A program made the translations under genes and the position numbers. From the NCBI GenBank assembly GCA_963734545.1, contig CAVTHO010000007.1:736001-800000 (forward strand): 64,000 nt of DNA, read 5' to 3'. Numbering within the stretch: the first letter of the stretch is position 1; each line of letters opens with the position of its first letter. Shown here piece after piece: positions 39,787 through 49,105 of the stretch. The notes beneath the pieces were generated by a model, which was not told the DNA's origin, searched no databases, and saw only the letters and a program-made list of their open reading frames with translations. The DNA comes from an uncultured Spirochaetota bacterium (GTDB lineage Bacteria; Spirochaetota; Spirochaetia; SZUA-6; Fen-1364).

Positions 39787-39854
39787 TGCGTCACAGTAGC
39801 CGTTTCTGTTTCCGTGCGCAACGATGCAAATCCAATAAAGGAGAATAAAAACCC

Positions 39855-39881
39855 TCAAGGAGTTTTTTAAACTGTCGAGCA
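39855..39881 (+). promoter_or_regulatory. Putative sigma28 (FliA) promoter of flaB
   Basis: TCAA-N15-GTCGAGCA, similar to TAAA-N15-GCCGATAA, ~60 nt before the flagellin ATG. Confidence 0.55.
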
Positions 39882-39898
39882 TTGAAAGTGAATCAAAC

Positions 39899-39936
39899 CC
39901 GGACAAGGAAGTCCGGCACACACGTTCAAGGAGGAT
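39899..39936 (+). promoter_or_regulatory. Putative CsrA-binding sites in the flaB 5' UTR
   Basis: Hairpin CCGGAC-AAGGAA-GTCCGG with GGA in the loop, plus AAGGAGGA overlapping the SD. Confidence 0.6.
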
Positions 39937-39939
39937 TCG

Positions 39940-40812
39940 ATGATCATCAATCACAACATGAGCGCCATCTTCAGCGAACGGAACCTCAAGTTCAATGGGA
40001 TAGCGTCGGACAGGGACATGGAGAAGCTGTCCTCAGGGTTGAGGATAAACCGCGCGGGTGATGACGCGTCGGGGCTGGCCGTGTCCGAAAAAATGCGGTC
40101 GCAGATCAGGGGCTTGCGGCAGGCAGAGTCCAACTCACAGAACGGCATCTCGTTCATCCAGACAGCTGAAGGATACCTCCAGGAGAGCCAGGACATCCTG
40201 CAGAGGATGCGCGAGCTGGCCGTCCAGGCTTCCAACGGGATCTACTCCAACGAGGACCGGATGCAGATCCAGGTGGAGGTGTCGCAGCTGGTCAGCGAGG
40301 TCAACCGGATCGCATCCCACGCCCAGTTCAACGGGATGAACATGCTCACGGGCAGGTTTGCGAGGGCAACGGGTGAAAACGCCATCACCGCCAGCATGTG
40401 GCTGCACATCGGGGCCAACATGGACCAGCGGGTGCGCGTGATCATCGGCACCATGACGGCGCAGGGTCTCGGCATCCAGGGCACCAGTGGGACGCCCAAC
40501 TCTGCAACCTTCATCTCCCTGTCCTCTCCTGACCACGCCAACGCGGCGATCGGCGTCCTGGATCATGCGCTGCGGCTTGTCAACAAGCAGCGGGCGGACC
40601 TCGGCGCGTACCAGAACAGGCTCGACTATGCCATGAGGGGCCTGTCGATCGGAGCGGAGAACCTTCAGGCCGCGGAGTCATTGATCCGCGACACGGACAT
40701 GGCGGGAGCCATGGTGGAGTTCGTCAAGGACCAGATCCTTGTTCAATCCTCCACCGCGATGCTCGCGCAGGCCAATACCCGGCCCCAGTCGGTCCTTCAG
40801 CTCTTCAAGTAG
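39940..40812 (+). CDS. flaB: Periplasmic flagellar filament core protein FlaB
   Basis: MIINHNMSA...[32 protein letters not shown]...[12 protein letters not shown]...IRDTDMA. Confidence 0.97.
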   Translation: MIINHNMSAIFSERNLKFNGIASDRDMEKLSSGLRINRAGDDASGLAVSEKMRSQIRGLRQAESNSQNGISFIQTAEGYLQESQDILQRMRELAVQASNGIYSNEDRMQIQVEVSQLVSEVNRIASHAQFNGMNMLTGRFARATGENAITASMWLHIGANMDQRVRVIIGTMTAQGLGIQGTSGTPNSATFISLSSPDHANAAIGVLDHALRLVNKQRADLGAYQNRLDYAMRGLSIGAENLQAAESLIRDTDMAGAMVEFVKDQILVQSSTAMLAQANTRPQSVLQLFK

Positions 40813-40831
40813 AAACAGCCGTTCAGTCGGG

Positions 40832-40866
40832 ACCGCCTCGGCGCCGTTGCCGAGGCGGTTTTTTTT
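40832..40866 (+). terminator. Rho-independent terminator after flaB
   Basis: 11-bp stem ACCGCCTCGGC/GCCGAGGCGGT followed by a T run. Confidence 0.9.
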
Positions 40867-40937
40867 GCCCACGCGCCGGCAGCCCGCCGGGCTTTTCTTG
40901 ACATTCCGCCGCCTGTCCCTGAATACTGATTCGCGTC

Positions 40938-42293
40938 ATGCGCGTTCCCAGGACCGTTCGAGATTTCGCCGAGATATTCAAGACTGCCGGCTTCCAGTGC
41001 CACCTCGTCGGCGGCGCTGTCCGCGATATCCTGATGGGCCGCGCTCATTCGGACTTCGACATCGCCACTGACGCACTTCCCGCCCAGGTCATGTCCCTGT
41101 TTCGCCGGGTCATCCCCACGGGAATCAAGCATGGAACGGTGACGGTTCTTTTCAAGGGAACCACCTTCGAAGTGACGACCTTCCGGACGGAAGCCGACTA
41201 CAGCGACGGGAGAAGACCTGACACGGTCGCGTTTGCCCCGTCGATCTTCGATGACCTTGCCCGGCGCGACTTCACGATCAACGCGATGGCGTACGATCTG
41301 CTTGCGAGCCGCCTGAACGACCCCCACGAGGGGGAGAAGGACCTTGCGCGCGGACTCATTCGCGCGATAGGCGATCCAGCCGAGCGCTTCCGGGAGGACG
41401 GCCTCCGCCCTCTTCGAGCCTGTCGCATCGCCGCGCAGCTCGCTTTTTCCATCGACACCCCGACGCGCGACGCCATCCCGGGCGCTCTGGACATACTGGC
41501 GCGCGTTTCAGCGGAGAGGGTGCGGGACGAGCTGATCAAGACCCTTCAGGCGCCGCTGCCCTCGACAGGGCTTTTTCTCATGAAGGATACCGGCATCCTC
41601 GGTGTGATCCTTCCCGAGCTGCTGGAAGGCGTCGGGGTGAGCCAGGGGAGCCTTCACTGCTATGACGTCTTCACTCATTCGCTCTTTGCGTGCGACGCTG
41701 CCCCTGCTGAATCACTGCCGCTTCGCATGGCCGCCCTGTTCCACGACATCGCGAAGCCCCGTGTCCGCGCGGCAGATGCCGAAGGAAGGCCCACCTTCTA
41801 CGAACACGAGAGGGTTTCGGCTGTCATGACGGAGCAGATTCTCCTGCGCCTGAAGCTTCCCAATGCCGTCGTGAAGGAGGTCTCGCACCTCATCGCCCAT
41901 CACATGTTCAACTATCAGGAGGAGTGGTCGGATGCGGCGGTGCGCCGTCTCATCTCGCGCGTGGGAGAAGACAAGATCAAGGACCTCATTGCCCTGCGCA
42001 GAGCAGATCAGATCGGGATGTGCCGGGAGAACGCGCGCACTTTCCCGGAAGGTCTCGCGGATTTCGCCGCCCGGGTCTCGTCGGTGCTCGAAGCGGGGCG
42101 CGCGTTCACGGTGCGTCAGATGGCCGCGGATGGAGACGATATCATGTCCCGTCTCGGCCTTCCGCCCGGCCCTCGGGTGGGCATCATCCTCGAAGAGCTC
42201 CTGCAGGCCGTGCTGGATGATCCTTCGTTGAACGAAAGGGAGAAGCTTCTGCAGATCGCGGAGAGGTTCTACAACCAGAGACTGAAGAACTGA
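40938..42293 (+). CDS. cca: CCA-adding tRNA nucleotidyltransferase with HD domain
   Basis: VGGAVRD...DFDIAT, EVTTFR, DLARRDFTINAMA, FREDGLRPLRA and LFHDIAK; TTGACA at 40898. Confidence 0.9.
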   Translation: MRVPRTVRDFAEIFKTAGFQCHLVGGAVRDILMGRAHSDFDIATDALPAQVMSLFRRVIPTGIKHGTVTVLFKGTTFEVTTFRTEADYSDGRRPDTVAFAPSIFDDLARRDFTINAMAYDLLASRLNDPHEGEKDLARGLIRAIGDPAERFREDGLRPLRACRIAAQLAFSIDTPTRDAIPGALDILARVSAERVRDELIKTLQAPLPSTGLFLMKDTGILGVILPELLEGVGVSQGSLHCYDVFTHSLFACDAAPAESLPLRMAALFHDIAKPRVRAADAEGRPTFYEHERVSAVMTEQILLRLKLPNAVVKEVSHLIAHHMFNYQEEWSDAAVRRLISRVGEDKIKDLIALRRADQIGMCRENARTFPEGLADFAARVSSVLEAGRAFTVRQMAADGDDIMSRLGLPPGPRVGIILEELLQAVLDDPSLNEREKLLQIAERFYNQRLKN

Positions 42294-42304
42294 GGCAGCG
42301 CCGG

Positions 42305-43138
42305 TCAGCCGCGCCGCGGCGATCCGGCGTGCCGATCTGCGGGACGATTTGCCGGCGCGGCGCGCTGGCCAGCAGATCTTTCGACCCGGGGAGACTTCTC
42401 CGCCACCTGCATGCCTTCATAGGCGATGCGGGCGGCTTCCTGCTCGGCTTCCTTCTTGTTCTTGCCCTTGCCCGCGCCGAAGGATCGCTCACCGATATGC
42501 ACTTCGATCCAGAAGGTCCTGTCGTGGTCCGGGCCGGTCTTCTGCACGACGCGGTACTTCGGATAGGTCTTCATTCTCTTCTGCACGTGCTCTTGCAGCA
42601 GGGTCTTGTAGTCCTTGGCATGCCGGTTCTCGAGAACCTTGTTGATTTCCGGTATCAGCATCTGGTGCACGAACCGACCGGATGCCTGAAATCCCGAGTC
42701 CAGGTAGTACGCCCCGATGATTGCTTCGAGGCAATCCGCAAGGATGGCCTTCTTGGACCGGCCGCCCGAATACTCTTCCCCCTTGCCGATCAGGATATAG
42801 TTGTCCACGCGGAGACCGCGCGCGATCTCGGAGAGACTGGCCTCGCTGACGACGAAGCTCTTGATCCGGGCGAGCTCGCCCTCCGGCTGATCGGGAAGGG
42901 TCTCATAGAGATATTCACTCACGACGAGCCCCAGCACGGAGTCACCAAGAAACTCCAGGCGCTCATTGTTCTCGCCGGTTTCTCCGAGCTCGTTGGCGAA
43001 CGAACGATGCGTAAATGCCTGGTTGAGGAATTCCAGCTCCCGGAAACGGATCCCCGTATGCCGTTCGAAGAGCTGGAGCTCCCTCTTTCTCTCGGGCTTC
43101 AGCGTGATGGAAGGGGCGCGCTTGATTCTCTTGAACAA
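42305..43138 (-). CDS. rnc: Ribonuclease III
   Basis: NERLEFLGDSVL, LADCLEAIIGAYYLD and dsRBD GKGKNKKEAEQEAA. Confidence 0.97.
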   Translation of the reverse strand: MFKRIKRAPSITLKPERKRELQLFERHTGIRFRELEFLNQAFTHRSFANELGETGENNERLEFLGDSVLGLVVSEYLYETLPDQPEGELARIKSFVVSEASLSEIARGLRVDNYILIGKGEEYSGGRSKKAILADCLEAIIGAYYLDSGFQASGRFVHQMLIPEINKVLENRHAKDYKTLLQEHVQKRMKTYPKYRVVQKTGPDHDRTFWIEVHIGERSFGAGKGKNKKEAEQEAARIAYEGMQVAEKSPRVERSAGQRAAPANRPADRHAGSPRRG

Positions 43139-43145
43139 ATACTTC

Positions 43146-43385
43146 CTATTTCTTCACCTGGGATCTGATGTACTCGAGAGCGTCGCGCACCGTCTCGAAC
43201 TCGTTGGCCTTTTCATCCGGGATGCTGATGCCGAGCTCTTCCTCTATGGCGTACACGAGCTCGTATGTATCAAGGCTGTCCGCGCCAAGATCCTGCCGGA
43301 AGGAGCTGTCGAGCGTGATCTTGGATTCATCGATCTCAAGCCGGTCGGCGATCAATTTCTTCATTTTTTCAAACAGTTCGTCCAT
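43146..43385 (-). CDS. acpP: Acyl carrier protein
   Basis: MDELFEK...DLGADSLDTYELVYAIEEE; GGAGG SD. Confidence 0.96.
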   Translation of the reverse strand: MDELFEKMKKLIADRLEIDESKITLDSSFRQDLGADSLDTYELVYAIEEELGISIPDEKANEFETVRDALEYIRSQVKK

Positions 43386-43461
43386 ACAGTTCAACCTCCT
43401 ATGAAAATTATGTGTAAGAGTACGCGAGGGGGTGTTCCCTGGATGCGATCGTGAGCTCCGA

Positions 43462-43650
43462 TCACGCCATTTCCTCAGGTTTGAGAATCTGCTTTCCGCG
43501 ATAGAAACCGCATTTCGAGCAAACCCGATGCGGCATGACCCTGTTTCCGCAGTTGCTGCATTCGACGAGTGTGGGGACAGCGAGGCGCATGTTCGCAGAG
43601 CGGCGCCGACGCCCTCTCGCCCTCGATATTCTTCTCTTCGGCAAAGCCAT
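43462..43650 (-). CDS. rpmF: 50S ribosomal protein L32
   Basis: MALPKRRISRAR...CSNCG...PHRVCSKCGFY. Confidence 0.96.
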   Translation of the reverse strand: MALPKRRISRARGRRRRSANMRLAVPTLVECSNCGNRVMPHRVCSKCGFYRGKQILKPEEMA

Positions 43651-43692
43651 TTCAAGTCACCTCAAAGTGGAGTAGTCTCTCAAAGACAGGGA

Positions 43693-43722
43693 AAGCTACA
43701 CCGGATATGTCAGAAATGTCAA
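43693..43722 (-). promoter_or_regulatory. Putative sigma70 promoter of rpmF-acpP-rnc
   Basis: Minus strand TTGACA-18 nt-TAGCTT. Confidence 0.55.
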
Positions 43723-44261
43723 GGCGCCCGACCCGGCTCGGACCGTGATTGCGGAGCCGCTGCCTTGTGCGCGGAGCCCGGGCGCGGCCCGAGCTTGGCC
43801 TGCAGCGCTTTCGCCACGATCGGAGGCACCATTCCCGAGATGTCGCCGCCGAACCCCGCGATGTCCTTGATTGCCGAGGAACGGATCACGGAGTACTTCT
43901 GGTCGGTAGGGAGGAAGATGGTTTCGATCTTCGGATTGAGGGATCTGTTCATTACCGAGAGCTCGAACTCGTAGTCGAAATCCGCCAACGCCCTCACGCC
44001 GCGCACGATCACGTGCACACCGATCCTGTCCGCAAAGTCCACGATAAGTCCGTTCCAGGTGGAGACCGTGACGTTCGGCATGCCCTGGGCAAGCGCCGTC
44101 ATCATCCCCAGGCGCTCCTCCCCGCTGAAAAGGTAGGTCTTGCCCGGATTGACCGCAATGACCACTTCGACGGCATCGAAGAGCCGCGACGCCCGGCCAA
44201 GGATGTTGAGATGGCCGTTGGTGGGCGGATCGAAGGTTCCCGGCAGCAGCACCTTGAACAT
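43719..44261 (-). CDS. coaD: Phosphopantetheine adenylyltransferase
   Basis: PGTFDPPTNGHL, RGVRALADFDYE and IRSSAIKDIA. Confidence 0.95.
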   Translation of the reverse strand: MFKVLLPGTFDPPTNGHLNILGRASRLFDAVEVVIAVNPGKTYLFSGEERLGMMTALAQGMPNVTVSTWNGLIVDFADRIGVHVIVRGVRALADFDYEFELSVMNRSLNPKIETIFLPTDQKYSVIRSSAIKDIAGFGGDISGMVPPIVAKALQAKLGPRPGSAHKAAAPQSRSEPGRAP

Positions 44262-44441
44262 GGCCGGGAGAATAGCCGAGCTTTCGATCGGTAGCAAGGG
44301 GCGCCGTCCCTGTCTACGGGCTCGCTTTCGGCCATCCCTGCCCTCGCTCGCCCTCGAGGCTCTCGGTGTCCGCTTCGCGGACACCTGCCGCCCTTCGCGC
44401 GCCTCTAGCGCGCTACGCATCCCTGTCTACGGGAAAAATCT

Positions 44442-44470
44442 TTGACAAACCAAGTTCCGGCAGATAGAAT
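44442..44470 (+). promoter_or_regulatory. Near-consensus sigma70 promoter
   Basis: TTGACA (44442-47), 17 nt, TAGAAT (44465-70); ATG 8 nt downstream. Confidence 0.8.
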
Positions 44471-44478
44471 TGAATGCA

Positions 44479-45030
44479 ATGAACGCGGGTGGATGGGCAC
44501 TTCTCATGCTCCTTTCCGCTGCCTTGGTGCTTGCATCCTGCGCGACGACGCCTCAGAAGGAAGCGCAGCTCGCGCCGCAGACGGTCGAGCCTCCGCCGAA
44601 CGCCGTCACGGAGCCCACCCCGCCGTCCGAATTCGTGGCAACCGAGGAGTTGTATAACAAGACATTCAATGAAGTGCAGGAGGTCATCGCCGAGTTGACG
44701 CGAATCATCGCGGAAGGGGACTACCCTCAGTGGCTGACCTACCTGACGACGGACTACGTGACGACGACCAGCAGCCCGGCATTCCTGAAGGAAGCATCCC
44801 AGGCGGGAGTTCTCAGGAAAAACGGCATTGTCCTGACGAGCCTCCAGGACTATTTCGACAATGTCGTGGTCCGCAGCCGGCTGCAGGCCAAACTGGAAGA
44901 TATCAATTTCGTGGACGAGACTCACGTGAAGGCCATTACGAGAATACAGGGCGCGCCTGTCATCCTTTATTATCTTGTGCAGGAGGATGGCCGATGGAAG
45001 GTCGGCATCCTGCCGAGCGAGGCAAAATGA
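44479..45030 (+). CDS. Hypothetical lipoprotein
   Basis: Signal peptide with lipobox LASC followed by a Pro-rich linker. Confidence 0.8.
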   Translation: MNAGGWALLMLLSAALVLASCATTPQKEAQLAPQTVEPPPNAVTEPTPPSEFVATEELYNKTFNEVQEVIAELTRIIAEGDYPQWLTYLTTDYVTTTSSPAFLKEASQAGVLRKNGIVLTSLQDYFDNVVVRSRLQAKLEDINFVDETHVKAITRIQGAPVILYYLVQEDGRWKVGILPSEAK

Positions 45031-45812
45031 CCAGAGAGAACGGGAGCAGAAACATGCGCACTACATCACACGCGCGGCACGCCGTGCACGCAATATCGCC
45101 CAGGGCCGCCCTCATCGGACTGGCATTCCTCGTGGGAGTGGCGTTCCAGGTTCCGGCCCAGCAGGCCGCCCCCGCGGCCCCCAAGCAGGAAATCACCATC
45201 GAGGAGCTCTTTCTCAAGAGCGTCGAGCTGCAGATCCTCCGTGAGAAAGCATTCTCAGAGGACTACGAAATCAAGATGAGCGCGCTCGATGACCTGGACA
45301 AGAAGATCGCCGACGGCTCGTACGCCGCGAACGACCAGCAGGTGGAATTCATGCTGGAATACCTGGCCCTCGAAGGCTCGGCCCGGACCACCCGTGAAGC
45401 CGGACGACTGGTGAACAACTTCCCCGAGGTGCGGCGCCGGGCAGCGAACATGCTGGGCCGCATCGGCACGGAACAGGCGAAGGAAGCGCTGGTGAGGGTA
45501 ATCGTCATCGACGAGGAGCCCATGGTAAAGGCGGAGGCGGCGTACGGGCTGGGGTTGATCGGCAAGAACCCCAACAACCAGGTTGTCCAGGCGCTGATCT
45601 TCGCATACAACCAGGAAGATCCCACGAAACCGGACAATAACTTCGGCTACGCACTGTGCCTCGCGGTGGAGAAGCTTGCCCAGAAAACCCCGGGCGGCTT
45701 GAAGGATCCGGCCGCCTACCAGTTGCTCGTCAGGATTGCACAGGGACAATACCTGCGCACGGTGAAGACGAAGGCGCTGCAGGTCCTCGATGTCCTGAAG
45801 GCGTCGAAATAG
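45027..45812 (+). CDS. Secreted HEAT-repeat domain protein
   Basis: ATG overlaps the previous stop; VRRRAANMLGRIG and VKAEAAYGLGLIG repeats. Confidence 0.8.
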   Translation: MTRENGSRNMRTTSHARHAVHAISPRAALIGLAFLVGVAFQVPAQQAAPAAPKQEITIEELFLKSVELQILREKAFSEDYEIKMSALDDLDKKIADGSYAANDQQVEFMLEYLALEGSARTTREAGRLVNNFPEVRRRAANMLGRIGTEQAKEALVRVIVIDEEPMVKAEAAYGLGLIGKNPNNQVVQALIFAYNQEDPTKPDNNFGYALCLAVEKLAQKTPGGLKDPAAYQLLVRIAQGQYLRTVKTKALQVLDVLKASK

Positions 45813-45848
45813 CGCCCTGATGCCTCGACGGCCGGGTCTCGCCCGCTC

Positions 45849-46394
45849 TCAGTCTTCAGTGGTCGGCCGCGCCGTGGAGGTGCGGATATCGTCCATGACC
45901 TCCTCCAGCCATTGGTTTTCCGCCTCGAGGTGAATGATCCCTTTGCGGATGATGGCCTGAAGGTAGTAGTCGATCTCGTCTCTCAATGAAATGAGCGTCC
46001 GCTGGAAGCTGTCCTTCTGGAGCACCGTCTTTTTCTGCTGGCTCTTCAGGTAGTCCAGCACCTTGTCAGGGGAGAGCTTGCTGAAGAAGAGGAACCTCAG
46101 GGTGAACTCGTCTTTCACCTTGTACGTGCTCCTCAGTGGTTTCAGGAGCCATTCGTCCAGTTTCTTTCGACCCTTTTCCGTGATCGAATAGATGTTCTTC
46201 TCCGCCGCCTTTTTTCCGGGCTCTGTCTTTTTCGTCACCCAGCTCAGCTCTGAGAGCCGGCGCAGTGTGGGATACAGCTGGCCGTAGGAGACGGACCATA
46301 CGTTTCCCAGCGCACCCTCGAATTGTCTTTTGATCTCGTAACCGTACTTGGGGCTCTCTGCGAGCAACCCCAGCAGGGCAAACTTCAGCGACAT
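45849..46394 (-). CDS. PadR family transcriptional regulator
   Basis: LLGLLAESPKYGYEIK...SYGQLYPTLRRL...YSITEKG. Confidence 0.92.
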   Translation of the reverse strand: MSLKFALLGLLAESPKYGYEIKRQFEGALGNVWSVSYGQLYPTLRRLSELSWVTKKTEPGKKAAEKNIYSITEKGRKKLDEWLLKPLRSTYKVKDEFTLRFLFFSKLSPDKVLDYLKSQQKKTVLQKDSFQRTLISLRDEIDYYLQAIIRKGIIHLEAENQWLEEVMDDIRTSTARPTTED

Positions 46395-46561
46395 CTCACT
46401 CTCCCCACACCCGGCGTGCGCCCTTTGCATGCAGGCGCTGCTGCGGAGCAGATACTACCACGGATGCATGTTTTTTCAAACGAGATGCGGGCAGCAGCCG
46501 CCCACACGGTACTCCGTGTGATTTCGGCCCGCACGCACCTCCGTGTGATTGAGCAAAAGGG

Positions 46562-47089
46562 TCAACACAGGATCTGAAGAGGCTTCTTCCACTCTTGAGG
46601 AAACTCTTTCTCCTCGTACTGAATGCGCTTTTTGATGACGAACTTGCTCGGTCCCCCGGGGGGTCGGAACTCGAGGATTCCGAAGCTCCCTGCCCCGAGA
46701 TAACACAGCTTCTCCTGCGGCGCGATTTCCGTGGAATCGCGCAGCTCGCGCACGATACAGTCGAAATGAGCAGGCTGCCGCGAGGCGCGATGCGTCAGGG
46801 CGGAAGCAAGCTCGCGCACCGGCTTGCCGCAGATGGGGCAATCAGGAGCGGGAAGGACCTGCGGGGGGCGCGCGGGGCGATGCTCGGCGGCTCTTCCCGG
46901 CGCGCCTTTGCCCTGCGGGGACTGGCGGAGATCACGACGCGGACCCCCGCGGCGTGACCCGGCCTGCTCCTTTTCCTGAGGATCGCGCTCTCCCTGCTGT
47001 CCGGGGGACTGCGGTCCACCCGGCTCGGTCCCCGCCGGCGGACGGTGCCTGCGCCGGCTGTTGCGCCGTCTGAAACTCCGCGAGCTCAT
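46562..47089 (-). CDS. Hypothetical protein with disordered N-terminus and a CPICG...HFDC Zn-binding motif
   Basis: ORF abuts the upstream stop; CPICGKP, AHFDC and CYLGAGSFG. Confidence 0.75.
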   Translation of the reverse strand: MSSRSFRRRNSRRRHRPPAGTEPGGPQSPGQQGERDPQEKEQAGSRRGGPRRDLRQSPQGKGAPGRAAEHRPARPPQVLPAPDCPICGKPVRELASALTHRASRQPAHFDCIVRELRDSTEIAPQEKLCYLGAGSFGILEFRPPGGPSKFVIKKRIQYEEKEFPQEWKKPLQILC

Positions 47090-47230
47090 CTACGACTCCC
47101 CATGTTCGAGGTTTCTGGTCAGGTCCTGCGCGATCTTCTGGATGGCCTGCAGGAGGTAGTCTTCATTGTGTATCTTGATCTTCAGCTCGGCCAGTTTCTT
47201 GGGATCGGTCTTCTTGGCAATCCGTACCAT
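47090..47230 (-). CDS. Unannotated 46-aa protein MVRIAKKTDPKKLAELKIKIHNEDYLLQAIQKIAQDLTRNLEHGES
   Basis: Exactly fills the gap between yraN (TGATG overlap) and the next ATG; high-GC3 codon pattern. Confidence 0.75.
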   Translation of the reverse strand: MVRIAKKTDPKKLAELKIKIHNEDYLLQAIQKIAQDLTRNLEHGES

Positions 47231-47607
47231 CAGTCGATCCCCCCGTTGAATGCGTTCTCGATATGCCTGATGCGCGATGTACCGGCATCAATGAACACGA
47301 TATCGAAGCGCAGTCGCATTTCGGCGAGACCCGGCCGCCGGCTCAGATAGTAGCGGGCGGTGCGGACGATCCTCTCCTGCTTGCGCCGATCGATTGCATA
47401 CTCGAGCTCCGCCTCCGGCAGGGCCGCCCAGGCCTTCACTTCGACGAACGCCACCTCGCCGCCCTTTTCCGCGATGATGTCGATCTCCCCCGAAGGGGCT
47501 CGGAAATTTCGTTCCCTCACGACCCAGCCTGTATCCGCAAGATAGGAGGCCGCTCTTTCCTCACCGGCCGCACCCCTGCTCTTTGTCGACCCTGCCGGTT
47601 TGGTCAT
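47230..47607 (-). CDS. yraN: YraN family (UPF0102) protein
   Basis: GEERAASYL, RNFR..GEIDII...FVEVK and RFDIV. Confidence 0.93.
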   Translation of the reverse strand: MTKPAGSTKSRGAAGEERAASYLADTGWVVRERNFRAPSGEIDIIAEKGGEVAFVEVKAWAALPEAELEYAIDRRKQERIVRTARYYLSRRPGLAEMRLRFDIVFIDAGTSRIRHIENAFNGGID

Positions 47608-48845
47608 TTCGCCACCGTACCGCGCTCGTGCGGAACGGGTACTCCCGTACCTTGCGCGGTATCCCGCGCAGTTGGTGGATTGAGAGCGCCGGCGCCTTGG
47701 ACAGGGGCAAGGGCTTTCGCATCCACGGCCTTCACGATGAATGTGCCCTTTTTCGCCAGCAGGTCGATGACTTCCCGCTCGCCGAGCTTGTTGCCGTATT
47801 CGTCGATGATCAGCTCAACCGTCGGCCGCAGCGGCGCCTCCGAGTGCGTCTGCACCACTCGCCCGATTGCCGAGCTGTTGAGCTGGACGATGCTGCCGAT
47901 CGGGTAGATGCCCATGCTTTCGAGGAAAACCTTGAGGATCTTTGGATCGAAGTGCCGCCCGTTGTCCGCCAGCACGTTCTTCATGGCGGTGTAGCCGATC
48001 ATCGAGTTGCGATGCGGACGATTGTTGATCATGGCGATGTAGGAATCCGCCACCGCGACGATGCGCGCGGCCAGGTTGATGTCTTCCCCTTTTAGCTTGC
48101 GCGGGTAGCCCTGTCCGTCCCAGCGCTCATGGTGCTGGAGAGCGATGATGCCGATCTCTTCGGGGTACTTCAGGTCCTTTGCAATCACCCGGTAGGAATG
48201 AATGGGGTGCGTGCGGATCTGGTTCAGCTCCTCCGGCGTGAGCTTCTCTTTCTTCTGGAGGATGGTTTTGGGCACCTTCACCATTCCCACGTCGTGCAGG
48301 AGCGCCCCGGTCGCCAGCTGAATGAGGCGGTGGCTGGAGAACTTCAGGAGCGTGCCCATGATCGTGGAGAGGATCGTGACGTTGATGACGCCCGCGGCAA
48401 TCTTGCGCTCAATTCTGATCCCCATGAGAATGAGCTGGATCATCTCGTTCTTCCCGTCCTTGATCCGATCCAGCAGCAGGTTCACCGTGTCGTCGACATC
48501 CGCCCTGACCAGGTCCTCTCCCTGGGCAACGCTGCTGGCGATGTGCTCGTACGCGTCGATTGCGCGCAGGTAGGCATCGATGTTGCGCTTGTCCCCCGAC
48601 AGCTCGAAGCCGTCTTCCGCTTCGGCGGGCTGCCCGGAGGCGGGCCGCGCGGCGGCGGGTGTCTGCGATTCCTCGATCAGGGAGCCATCGGTACGCACCT
48701 CCGCGATCTCCCAGCGCACGAGCCGCTCGATGTCCTTCTGTCGGATGGGGATGCCGGGCGGCACGAAGACGTTGTCCCCGTCCATGTACACCGGTTTGTC
48801 GAACTTCATGCCGTCGTGCAGGTCACTGGTGCGTATGCTCTTCAT
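47604..48845 (-). CDS. HD-GYP domain c-di-GMP phosphodiesterase
   Basis: LLHDVG, HHERWDGQGYP, ARIVAVADSY and GIYPIGS. Confidence 0.92.
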   Translation of the reverse strand: MKSIRTSDLHDGMKFDKPVYMDGDNVFVPPGIPIRQKDIERLVRWEIAEVRTDGSLIEESQTPAAARPASGQPAEAEDGFELSGDKRNIDAYLRAIDAYEHIASSVAQGEDLVRADVDDTVNLLLDRIKDGKNEMIQLILMGIRIERKIAAGVINVTILSTIMGTLLKFSSHRLIQLATGALLHDVGMVKVPKTILQKKEKLTPEELNQIRTHPIHSYRVIAKDLKYPEEIGIIALQHHERWDGQGYPRKLKGEDINLAARIVAVADSYIAMINNRPHRNSMIGYTAMKNVLADNGRHFDPKILKVFLESMGIYPIGSIVQLNSSAIGRVVQTHSEAPLRPTVELIIDEYGNKLGEREVIDLLAKKGTFIVKAVDAKALAPVQGAGALNPPTARDTAQGTGVPVPHERGTVAK

Positions 48846-49102
48846 TTTTCGATTCTCAGGCTGCGCACGAACACGAGGATCTCCGCGATCACCCCGTAGA
48901 GGCTTTCCGGTATCAGCGTATTCACGTCAAGCTGGATGAGCGACTCCGCAAGCTCGGGATCGGCCACGAGCGTCACACCGCTTTCCCGCGCGATGCGCTT
49001 GATCGCCTCCGCCAATGGTCCCCTCCCTGAGGCCAGAACAATGGGCGCGGGAAGGTCGTCCGAGTACTGGAGGGCGACTGCCGTGTCCGCCTGCGCCTTC
49101 AT
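48842..49102 (-). CDS. Stand-alone FlhB C-terminal-like (EscU/YscU switch family) protein
   Basis: AVALQY...APIVLASGRG..AEAI...IPESLYGVIAEIL. Confidence 0.88.
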   Translation of the reverse strand: MKAQADTAVALQYSDDLPAPIVLASGRGPLAEAIKRIARESGVTLVADPELAESLIQLDVNTLIPESLYGVIAEILVFVRSLRIEK

Positions 49103-49105
49103 TTC

